In this document: piece by piece, positions 47,549 to 55,553 of the stretch
Numbering within the stretch: the first letter of the stretch is position 1
Layout of the letters: each line of letters starts with the position of its first letter
Assembly: GCA_050115495.1 (NCBI GenBank)
Contig: JASFQK010000043.1
Span: 1 to 55,553, forward strand
DNA length: 55,553 nucleotides
Source of the DNA: Phycisphaerae bacterium
Lineage (GTDB): Bacteria; Planctomycetota; Phycisphaerae; UBA1845; Fen-1342
Reading direction: 5' to 3'
The notes under the pieces: model-generated
Told to the model about the DNA's origin: nothing
Databases searched by the model: none
Seen by the model: the letters and a program-made list of their open reading frames with translations, nothing else
Position numbers and translations under genes: made by a program

Positions 47549-49744
47549 TTACGGCGTTGCCGCCTGCTCCGTCCGCGCCACCAGCGCCGGCGGCCACGGA
47601 ACGTTCGCCACCAGCTTCACCCGCAGCAGCAGTAGCGCGGTCTCGAGCTGTGGATCTGCGTCCCGTGCCTCGACCGGGTCCTTCTCCAGCGCCTTGATCT
47701 GCTCGTCGGTGAGCAGCGGCGGTTCGTCGTCCTCGTCTTCCTCGTCGGCCTTGAGCGCGTCGAGCTCCTTCTCGCGATCCGCCTCACCCTCCGCCGGCTT
47801 CGCCTCTTCCTTCTCCTCGTTGTGAATAACGAGCGACTCGTTCTCGCGCTTGATGACCTGCCGGAACTCCTTCGGCGTCAGCTTCACCACCCAGTTCGGG
47901 TCGACGCCCCAGTCCTTGGCGTTCAGCTCCTTGTGCGGCGAACGGCCGCTCGGCAGGTAGTACAGCGCCGTCGTCAGCTTCATCCGCGCATCGCGGCCCA
48001 GCGACAGCACGCGCTGCACACTGCCCTTGCCGAAGGTGCGCTCACCGAGCACGATCGCCCGGTTGTGGTCCTGCAAGGCACCCGCCAGAATCTCCGATGC
48101 GCTCGCGCTGCCGTCGTTGACCAGCACGACCAGCGGCGCCTTCTCGACGAAGTCCTCGTCCGTCGCCCGCATGCTGGTGCGCGATTCATGGCGCCCGCCC
48201 GTCGACACGACTTCCCCATCGGTCAGGAACGTGCTCACGATCCGCACGGCCACATCCAACAGGCCGCCGGGGTTGTACCGCAGGTCGAGCACCAGGGCCC
48301 GCATGCCCTGCCCCTCGGCCGCTTTGAGCGCCTTAACCAGCTCCTCCTGCGAGTCCGGATGGAAGCCGGTCAGCCGGATGTACGCGATCCCCGAGGCCTT
48401 ATCCAGCATGTAGTTCCATTGCTGCGGATCCTCGGGCAGGCGCGAAACGCCACGCACGGTCCGCAGCACGATCTTCCGCCGCACCAGGTCGTACGACAGC
48501 CGCTCGCCCGTCTCCGGCCGGAACAACGTCAGCTCGACCGTCGAGCCCGACCGGCCCATGATGTTCGTGACGGCGTCGTCCGTCGTCCAACCCTTCGTGC
48601 TCTTGCCGTCCACCTCGATGATCAGGTCGTCCGGCTGAATCCCCGCCTCCAGTGCCGGCGAGTCCTCCAGCGGCGTCACCACCTTGAGCCGGCTGGTGCG
48701 CTCGTCGATCCCGAGCTGAATGCCCACGCCCTCGAAGCCCCCCATCATCATCTTGTCGAAGTCCGTGGAATCGACCGGCCACACCACCGACGTGAACTGA
48801 TCCAGCTCCTGGATCGCCCCCTCGAGGAACTCCACCACGAGCAGCCCTTCCGGCAGCTCGACCGTCTCCGTGTTCACCAGGGCGACGCGGTTGTACAGCC
48901 CGATCAGATCCTTGTAGTTGTACCGCTCCTCGGCGCGGACCGCCTCGGCCAGCTCGTTCAGCTTCGACAGGAACAGCTCCCGCGAGTCGGGATTGCCCAG
49001 CCCGTGCATGAACTCGTACAACTGCTTCGTCTGCGCCACCGTCGTCAGGTTGCGCAGCGCCCCCTCGGCCATCGCCTTGAAATCCGGATCATCGTAGTAG
49101 TCTTTGCGAATCAGCCGGATCGCCGAACGCAGCAGGTTGACGTCCACGCCCTCGATGCGTTCGTCCAGCGCCTCCTGATCCTTGTACAGCAGCTCCACGC
49201 GGGCGTGCCGGGCAGCACTCTCGCGCAGATCCTCGTACTCCTTGTCGTCCTCGTGGATCCGCCCCAGCAGCGTGTAGTACGCCAGCACCTTCGTCCAATG
49301 CTGCTCCGCCGCCAGTTTCTCCGCTTCCTGCCGGGCGAGCTTGGTCAGCTCCTGCACCCACGGCTCGGCGGCGTACCTCTTCAGGTCCCCGGCATAGGGC
49401 GCCGCCTGGGCCGCAAAGCTCAGGGCGAAGTACACTTGGTGATCTTCGAGGGCCTTTTTTGCCCCCTCAACATTCCACTCAAACGTTTCCCCCTTCATTT
49501 CCGTCCGCGAGGCCACGGCCTGCCGGAAGGAGTCCAGCCACCCTTCGACGCGGGTCAGCTCCTCCCCCGACGCTCCCGACGCCTGAAGCTGCGAAAGCTC
49601 CGCTTGGCCGGCGTCCGGATCACCCCGCAGAATCGCGGCATATACCGCCGACAGCTCCCCATCCCCACGGGCGATTCCGCCCGCCACCAACAACAGCAGT
49701 ACTACAAGTCCAACTCGGGCGCAGGCTGAACGCATGTGTCCCAT
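47549..49744 (-). CDS. S41 carboxyl-terminal processing protease with a PDZ domain
   Basis: FEGVGIQL, DLRYNPGGLL, SASASEILAGAL and TFGKGSVQ. Confidence 0.93.
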   Translation of the reverse strand: MGHMRSACARVGLVVLLLLVAGGIARGDGELSAVYAAILRGDPDAGQAELSQLQASGASGEELTRVEGWLDSFRQAVASRTEMKGETFEWNVEGAKKALEDHQVYFALSFAAQAAPYAGDLKRYAAEPWVQELTKLARQEAEKLAAEQHWTKVLAYYTLLGRIHEDDKEYEDLRESAARHARVELLYKDQEALDERIEGVDVNLLRSAIRLIRKDYYDDPDFKAMAEGALRNLTTVAQTKQLYEFMHGLGNPDSRELFLSKLNELAEAVRAEERYNYKDLIGLYNRVALVNTETVELPEGLLVVEFLEGAIQELDQFTSVVWPVDSTDFDKMMMGGFEGVGIQLGIDERTSRLKVVTPLEDSPALEAGIQPDDLIIEVDGKSTKGWTTDDAVTNIMGRSGSTVELTLFRPETGERLSYDLVRRKIVLRTVRGVSRLPEDPQQWNYMLDKASGIAYIRLTGFHPDSQEELVKALKAAEGQGMRALVLDLRYNPGGLLDVAVRIVSTFLTDGEVVSTGGRHESRTSMRATDEDFVEKAPLVVLVNDGSASASEILAGALQDHNRAIVLGERTFGKGSVQRVLSLGRDARMKLTTALYYLPSGRSPHKELNAKDWGVDPNWVVKLTPKEFRQVIKRENESLVIHNEEKEEAKPAEGEADREKELDALKADEEDEDDEPPLLTDEQIKALEKDPVEARDADPQLETALLLLRVKLVANVPWPPALVARTEQAATP

Positions 49745-49986
49745 CCTGTCTTCTGGCTTCGGCCCTCAGGCCGATAACAAAAACCGCGCCGCCTTCGCCG
49801 GCGGCCCGGGTCCCGTATCGTCATTATATGATACGGCTATGGTTGCAGCCGGCACACTGTCGAAAAGTGTCGGCGGCCCGCCACAGCCCCGGTTCATCCC
49901 ATGAATCGGCCATTACGGCCCACCTGCCGCACCCCGCCGGACATTCCCCGTCCACCTTGTTGTCAGTCCCGGAAAATCGCCGCATC

Positions 49987-50568
49987 ATGACCGCCATGGC
50001 GCGGCAACCGGAAGAAAACCGAACGTCGGCGGCCCATAAGTCCGCGCGGCCGACCGTCATCCTCGGCATCGACCCCGGCCTGGAGCGGACCGGCTATGCC
50101 CTCCTGGCCGATGCGCCCCCCGCCGGCCCCCGCCTCTGCGAGGCCGGCCTCATTCGCCTCCCCGCTAAGGCCCCGCTGCCTCGCCGACTCGTCCACCTGC
50201 TGGAAAGCCTCGAAGAGCTGATCCAGGCCCACCGGCCCACGATCCTCACCTGCGAGGCCCTCTTCGCCCATTACAAGCACCCGCGGACGGCGATCCTGAT
50301 GGGCCACGCTCGTGGCGTGATCCTCGCCGCCGCCGCCCGGGCCGGGCTCGACGTCCTCACCGTCACGCCCGCCAGCGTCAAGAAGCTCCTCACCGGCAGC
50401 GGTCGCGCCACCAAGAAGCAGATGCAATGGGCCGTCACCGCCACGCTCGGCCTGGCGGTCACGCCGGAACCGCACGACGTCGCCGACGCCATCGCCATCG
50501 CGCTGTGCGGCCTGCGGTCGCGCCGCGCCGCCGCCATTACCGCCCGCACCCTCGGAGAAGGTCGATGA
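49987..50568 (+). CDS. ruvC: Holliday junction resolvase RuvC
   Basis: ILGIDPG, CEALF, TGSGRATKKQM and DVADAIAIA. Start at 49987 or 49996. Confidence 0.95.
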   Translation: MTAMARQPEENRTSAAHKSARPTVILGIDPGLERTGYALLADAPPAGPRLCEAGLIRLPAKAPLPRRLVHLLESLEELIQAHRPTILTCEALFAHYKHPRTAILMGHARGVILAAAARAGLDVLTVTPASVKKLLTGSGRATKKQMQWAVTATLGLAVTPEPHDVADAIAIALCGLRSRRAAAITARTLGEGR

Positions 50569-51191
50569 TCGCCCGGATCACGGGACAGGTCGCCGCCGTT
50601 ACCGACCAGGCCGTGCTGCTGAACGTCGGCAATCTCGCGTACGAGGTTCTCGTGCCGCGTGCCTCGCTCGCCGACCTCGAGCGGCTCGTCGGCAACGAGG
50701 TCACGCTCTTCACGATCCACTATCTCGAAGGCAGCCCCGCCGTCGGCAACCTCGTCCCGCGTCTACTCGGCTTCGTCACGCCGGAAGACCGCGAGTTCTT
50801 CGGCGAACTGGCCAAGGTCAAGGGCCTCGGCATGCGCAAGGTCCTCCGGGCCATGAGCCTGCCCCCCAGCCAGATCGCCATGGCCATCGAGAACGGCGAC
50901 GAACGCTTCCTCGCCTCGTTGCCCGAGATCGGCAAACGCACCGCCACGCAGGTCGTCGCCCAGCTCCGCGGCAAGGTGCAGCGTTTCGTTACGCCGTCGG
51001 CGGCACCGCTGCCCGTCTCCGAACTCACCAGCGCGCAGAAGATCGCCCTCGAAATCCTCGTCGGCTGGGGCGATCGCCGGGCCGACGCCCAGCGCTGGAT
51101 CGCCGCCGTCGTCGAGGCTCAGCCGGCACTCGCCGAGCCCGACGAGATCGTCCGCGCCGTCTATCGCCTCAAGCAGGGCGTGCAACCATGA
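50565..51191 (+). CDS. ruvA: Holliday junction branch migration protein RuvA
   Basis: MIARITG, LLGF, VKGLG and LPEIGKRTA; lies between ruvC and ruvB. Confidence 0.92.
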   Translation: MIARITGQVAAVTDQAVLLNVGNLAYEVLVPRASLADLERLVGNEVTLFTIHYLEGSPAVGNLVPRLLGFVTPEDREFFGELAKVKGLGMRKVLRAMSLPPSQIAMAIENGDERFLASLPEIGKRTATQVVAQLRGKVQRFVTPSAAPLPVSELTSAQKIALEILVGWGDRRADAQRWIAAVVEAQPALAEPDEIVRAVYRLKQGVQP

Positions 51192-51253
51192 GCCCGTCCG
51201 CCCGCCGGCGGGTATACTCGCCGACTGCGTAGCACCGTCGAAGGAATCGCCGC

Positions 51254-52282
51254 ATGCCCATCGAGCGCGTCATCGGTCAGCCCGCCCCCGACGAGGAGAA
51301 CTACCTCACCTCCCTGCGTCCGCGCCGCCTCGAAGACTGCACCGGCCAGGAAGTCGTCCGCGAGCAACTGCGCATCGCCCTCGACGCCGCCCGTCAGCGC
51401 GGGGAGCCGCTCGACCACGTCTTGCTCGACGGTCCGCCCGGCCTCGGCAAGACCACCCTCTCGCACGTCATCGCCCACGAGATGAACGCCCGGCTGCACG
51501 TCACGTCCGGCCCCGCCATCACCCGTCAGGGCGACCTGATGGCGACGCTAACCCAGCTCGAGACCGGCGACGTGCTCTTCGTCGATGAAATCCACCGCCT
51601 GCACAAGGTCGTCGAGGAGTTCCTCTACCCAGCCCTGGAGGACTTCCGCGTCGATTACACGACCGAGAGCGGCATCGGCGGCCGCACGGTCAACTTCCCG
51701 CTGAAGCGTTTCACGCTGATCGGCGCGACGACGCGGGCCGGCATGCTCTCCAGCGCGTTGCACAGCCGGTTCGGGTTGTTCTTCCACCTTCAGTACTACA
51801 CGGTCGAAGAGCTGACCCATATCGTCGAGACGAACGCCGGTCTGCTGCGGATTGAGGCCGACCGGCCGGCGTTGGCGCGTCTTGCGGCCCGTTCGCGTGG
51901 TACGCCGCGAATCGTGAACCGTCTGCTCCGCCGCGTGCGCGATTACGCCCAGGTCCGCGCCTCCGGCCGCCTCACGCCGGCGGTCGTCGACGCCGCCCTC
52001 GACATCCTCCAGATCGACGAACTCGGCCTGGACGCGCTCGATCGCGAGTACCTGCTCACACTGGCCCGCCATTACGACGGCGGACCGGCGGGCATCGAGT
52101 CCATCGCCGCCAGCATGGGCCACGAGCGTGACACGTTGGAGGATGTGGTCGAGCCGTACCTGCTCCAGATCGGCTTCGTCATCCGCACCCCCCGCGGCCG
52201 CCTCCTCCGCCCCCCCGCCTACACCCACCTGCACCTCCCCCCCTCCGCCCAAGCAACGGACCAGCCAGGGCTCTTCGACTAA
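51254..52282 (+). CDS. ruvB: Holliday junction helicase RuvB
   Basis: SLRP, GPPGLGKTT, FVDEIHRL, GATTRAG, SRGTPR and EPYLLQ. Confidence 0.97.
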   Translation: MPIERVIGQPAPDEENYLTSLRPRRLEDCTGQEVVREQLRIALDAARQRGEPLDHVLLDGPPGLGKTTLSHVIAHEMNARLHVTSGPAITRQGDLMATLTQLETGDVLFVDEIHRLHKVVEEFLYPALEDFRVDYTTESGIGGRTVNFPLKRFTLIGATTRAGMLSSALHSRFGLFFHLQYYTVEELTHIVETNAGLLRIEADRPALARLAARSRGTPRIVNRLLRRVRDYAQVRASGRLTPAVVDAALDILQIDELGLDALDREYLLTLARHYDGGPAGIESIAASMGHERDTLEDVVEPYLLQIGFVIRTPRGRLLRPPAYTHLHLPPSAQATDQPGLFD

Positions 52283-52299
52283 CCGCGCCGCCACGCTTC

Positions 52300-53151
52300 G
52301 TAGCGGCTCCCGGCGCGCCGGGATGCCGGCCGACTGTAGCGGCCGGTCTCCGTGCCGGCCGTCTTTGGAGAGCCATCAGCCGTCAGCCGTCAGCTATCGG
52401 CTATCAGCCTTGAGCCGGAGTGTGGCATGCTGAAGCCTCAGGCGCCGGCATGTCTTTCGTCGTCCCGTAGCGCCCGACCTCCGCGCCGGCCGTCCCGTAG
52501 CGTCGGCCCCCCGTGGCCGACGTCGACCGCCGAAACGCGCTCGCTCTGCGCTGCTCCGCTCTACTCTCTACTCACCCCCGCTCCCCTCTCGCGCAGCGCG
52601 GGTGCCACTGGTGGCTTACCCACCAGTGCTGGCACAACCCGGCCCCGCCCGCCACTGTCTCTTCGCCACGGAACCCGCCCTGTTTCTCGCATCGCCGCGC
52701 GGATGCTGGTGTGGCACCTGCCAATGGCTGGTGATCTGCACGCCGCCGCGGAACCCCACGCTTCCCTCACCGCTCCCGCCCCCTCGCTTCTTGTGTGACT
52801 CCTGGCTCCTGTCTTCTCTCTTCTCCAGCCCGCGCAGCGGGCGACGGACTCTAGCCCCGGGTGAAACCCGGGGAATCGCCGCCGCCCCTCTCTCCCCCAA
52901 GTCCCCGAAGGGGACGGCTGAAGCTCTCGCCCCGCCCGGTGCCCGGTGCCACCGGTGGCTTGCCCACCAGTGCGGCGAACGCCGTAGCGTCCGGGCTCCG
53001 CACCGGACGTCCTCGTAGCGGCCGGTCTCCGTGCCGGCCGTCTTCGTAGCGTCGGCCCCCCGTGGCCGACGTCGACCGCCGAAACGCGCTCGCTCTGCGC
53101 TCCTCCCCTCTACTCTCTACCCACCCCCGCTCTCCTCTCTCGCGCAGCGCG
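52300..53151. repeat. Mosaic cluster of REP-like hairpins and short tandem repeats
   Basis: GTAGCG-hairpins at 52300, 52336, 52467, 52497, 52984, 53015 and 53046; ~105-bp direct repeat at 52497-52600 / 53046-53151; heptamer run at 52371-52409. Confidence 0.85.
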
Positions 53152-53187
53152 CTGGCCTCCCCCCATCACGAACGCTACACTACACCA

Positions 53188-54741
53188 ATGCCCGACAAAC
53201 GCCACATCAAGGTCTTCCTCGCCTCTCCCGGCGATCTGGCGGTCGAACGTCGGGCCTTCAAGGACCAGATCGACCTGTTGAACCTAGGCTTCGCCGACGG
53301 CGCCGGCGTCGCGTTCGAGGCCCTCGGCTGGGAAGACACGCTCGCCGCGACCGGCCGCCGCCCGCAGACCGTGATCAACGCCGAGATCGAGCGGTGTGAC
53401 GTCTTCATCCTGGCCATGCGCCGCCGCTGGGGCCAGGAAGCCCCCGACTCGCAGTACAGCTCCTACACCGAAGAGGAGTTCCACCTGGCGCTGGAACGAT
53501 GGAACCGAACCAAGTCACCCGAGATCTTCGTCTTCTTCAAACACGTCGACGCCGAGTCCATGGGCGATCCCGGCCCTCAGCTTGCCAAGATCCTGAGGTT
53601 CCGGCGGGAACTTGAGCAGTCGAGGAACGTTCTCTACCGTTTCTTCGAAGACGAAGACGACTTCCGGCAGGAGATCGATCGTCACCTGCGCGCTTACGCC
53701 AAAGGCAAATTACCCAAAGCCGACGCCGATCGCGATAAGATCATACTCCCCATCGAGTACCGCAAGCGTGTCGAGCAAGCCGAGGCCGAAGCAAGGAAGG
53801 AAGCTAAGCGAGCGGAGAAGGCTCGACAGCACGCCGAAGCGCAGGCAGCCCGAGCCGAGGAATTGGCCCTCACCACGGCGCGGCAAGCCGCCCAAGCCGC
53901 CCTCGACGGCCATGCCGAAGAGGCTCGACAAGCTTTCGCGAGGGCCTTGCAGGGTACGTCCAATCTGACGATCCTCAGTCTTGCGCTCGAATTCTACAAC
54001 CGAACTGGTGATCTCGCTCAAGCAGAGGAGATATCGGAGCGCTGCCTCGCCGTTAGCGGCCGCGACAGCCAGACCGCCGATACCGCCGCAGCTTGGTGTA
54101 ACCTCGGAGTAATCTACCATAAGCGAGGTGATCTGCAGCGGGCGGAGGAGATGCACCGCAAGTCGCTGGAGATTGCAGAAGCACTCGACGATCGCGAGGT
54201 TGTGGCCACCAACTGTGTGAATCTGGGGGTGATCGGCTGGAGGCGCGGGGAGCTGGATCACGCCGAAGAACTGCACTTGAAAGCCATGGGAATCTACCAG
54301 GAGCTCGAGCGCGGCGAAGGCATGGCCAACGTTTGCGGCAACTTGGGCTTAATCTACATGGCCCGTCGCGACTTCGACCACGCCGAGCAGATGCTCGAGC
54401 AAGCCCTCCGCCATCAAGAGAATCTCGGTCGGCTCGAAGACATGGCGAGGGACTACGGAAATCTTGGGCTCATCTATCGCGAACGCGGCCAGTTCGATCG
54501 AGCCGAAGAGGCATTTCGGAAGTCTCTGAGGATCGATGAGAAGCTCGGCCGGCTCGAAGGCATGGCCTTCCGCTACAGGAACCTCGGGGACATTTATGCA
54601 GATCGCGGCGACCGACCAGCCGCTCGCAAGCACTGGGTGATATCCCGCGACTTGTTCGCCCTCGTTGGCGCGCCGCACGAGGTGGCCAAGGTGCAAGCTA
54701 GGCTCGACGAACTCGCCGACAACGCTCCCCCCGACGCCTGA
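53188..54741 (+). CDS. DUF4062 + coiled-coil + TPR protein
   Basis: IKVFLASPGD...ER, CDVFILAM...RWG, YTEEEF and IFVFFK, followed by repeated GNLGLIY TPR units. Confidence 0.85.
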   Translation: MPDKRHIKVFLASPGDLAVERRAFKDQIDLLNLGFADGAGVAFEALGWEDTLAATGRRPQTVINAEIERCDVFILAMRRRWGQEAPDSQYSSYTEEEFHLALERWNRTKSPEIFVFFKHVDAESMGDPGPQLAKILRFRRELEQSRNVLYRFFEDEDDFRQEIDRHLRAYAKGKLPKADADRDKIILPIEYRKRVEQAEAEARKEAKRAEKARQHAEAQAARAEELALTTARQAAQAALDGHAEEARQAFARALQGTSNLTILSLALEFYNRTGDLAQAEEISERCLAVSGRDSQTADTAAAWCNLGVIYHKRGDLQRAEEMHRKSLEIAEALDDREVVATNCVNLGVIGWRRGELDHAEELHLKAMGIYQELERGEGMANVCGNLGLIYMARRDFDHAEQMLEQALRHQENLGRLEDMARDYGNLGLIYRERGQFDRAEEAFRKSLRIDEKLGRLEGMAFRYRNLGDIYADRGDRPAARKHWVISRDLFALVGAPHEVAKVQARLDELADNAPPDA

Positions 54742-54793
54742 CCCCGCCCCGGCCCGCCCTACCTCTCCAGAGGGGCCGGCGTTCGCGGCGAAT

Positions 54794-55075
54794 TCATTGT
54801 TTGTCGCGTTTTCGCTGATCTGAGTATCGCCGCGCGATTTCGTCGGCGGTGTGGCGTGCGCCGAGACCGGACAGGTTCTTACGCATCCGCCGTTCCATGT
54901 CCCAGGCAGCTTCCTCAACAGCGTGCGTATCGCAGTCGGCCAGCAAGCGATCGACTGCCAGCGTGTACAAGTACTTCAGGCTCACGCCGGTCTTCTCCGC
55001 GAGCATCTGCATCGCGGCGTGCCAACCGGGCGGTAGCTCCACGGTGAGTTTTTCAGACTTTTCCTGACCAGCCAT
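54794..55075 (-). CDS. Small putative ribbon-helix-helix DNA-binding protein
   Basis: KLTVELPPGWHAAMQMLAEKTGVSLKYLYTLAVDRLL fits a beta-helix-helix pattern; ATG at 55075. Confidence 0.55.
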   Translation of the reverse strand: MAGQEKSEKLTVELPPGWHAAMQMLAEKTGVSLKYLYTLAVDRLLADCDTHAVEEAAWDMERRMRKNLSGLGARHTADEIARRYSDQRKRDKQ

Positions 55076-55180
55076 ATAAACAATGTTGCCACAAAGAAGG
55101 GGTGGATAATAGATGGAAATGATACAGATAAAAGCTGTGTAAATACTTGACATCCAGCCAATCGAGTGTACCTTTTAGGT
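55076..55180. promoter_or_regulatory. AT-rich divergent promoter region
   Basis: Marked AT enrichment; TTGACA (55147-55152)-N16-TACCTT on the plus strand. Confidence 0.5.
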
Positions 55181-55553
55181 AAGCAGAAGCGTGCCCGGCC
55201 AGAGGGCTCGATTCTCGTCTTGGCAACGAACCATCAACCCAGCGCAGGTTCGTCTGTATTGACTTGCGTTGGAACTCACGCCGCCAAGACAGCCTCGCCC
55301 GGGTCAGTGTCCGCGCATATGATGGCGGGCGCTGCCCGGTGCGCGGGGTCGCGTGGCGTACGTGATGGTTCGTTCGCGGCCTTTAGCGCATCGGGTGGCG
55401 CCCGTTTCCTTTTGGTGCCATCAGCTTTCGACGTTCCGCCGTCCCCAACGGCGTCGCCACCCCTGCGCGCCAATGCCGGGCGGGCCGTGCCCGCCCTGCA
55501 TGGCTCGGCGGACGCATGACGTCGGCGCGGCCGCAGGTTCCATACGCAAAGGG

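Noticed and set aside
49459..49986. Extended ruvC N-terminus or a yebC gene upstream
   Set aside because: The extension overlaps the S41 gene antisense and is low-complexity; no YebC motifs are present.
52352..53187. Small ORFs in the intergenic region and the 53062 upstream start of the DUF4062-TPR gene
   Set aside because: They are made of repeat sequence; the domain starts right after ATG 53188.
1..55553. tRNA, rRNA or integrase/att site
   Set aside because: No T-loop/cloverleaf, rRNA-like sequence or recombinase ORF was recognised by eye; tRNAscan/cmscan were not run.

Overview
High-GC bacterial chromosomal window. Gene content (dockerin-like and DCNGNGxPDEC-repeat secreted proteins, PEP-CTERM, BlaI/M56 pair, giant TPR protein) suggests Planctomycetota, probably Phycisphaerae; this assignment is inference. 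Left to right: (1) the 3' end of an IS256-family element that truncates a DUF4062 gene, which lies downstream of a viperin-like radical SAM gene; (2) a VIT-vWA / OmpR response regulator / histidine kinase / SIMPL module; (3) an orphan membrane protein; (4) a degenerate 23-bp tandem array bracketed by REP-like repeats; (5) a BlaI-BlaR(M56)-TPR-ExbB-ExbD operon ending in a chimeric PD40-propeller/TonB-like protein, with two palindromic operators over its promoter; (6) rhamnose catabolism genes (rhaB, rhaI, GH78); (7) a BP74-dockerin gene, a glutaminase-family remnant, a spondin PEP-CTERM gene, a nitrilase-family gene, bfr and a LamG/Cys-repeat protein; (8) a TetR-regulated RND efflux system; (9) an Asp-box/FG-GAP secreted protein; (10) rpoN, an S41 protease and ruvCAB; (11) a dense GTAG-REP cluster, a DUF4062-TPR gene and a small RHH-like gene with an AT-rich divergent promoter region. 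The best candidates for undescribed systems are the BlaI-controlled Ton/Tol-like operon and the viperin-like/DUF4062 pair. All calls come from reading motifs by eye; no database searches were run.
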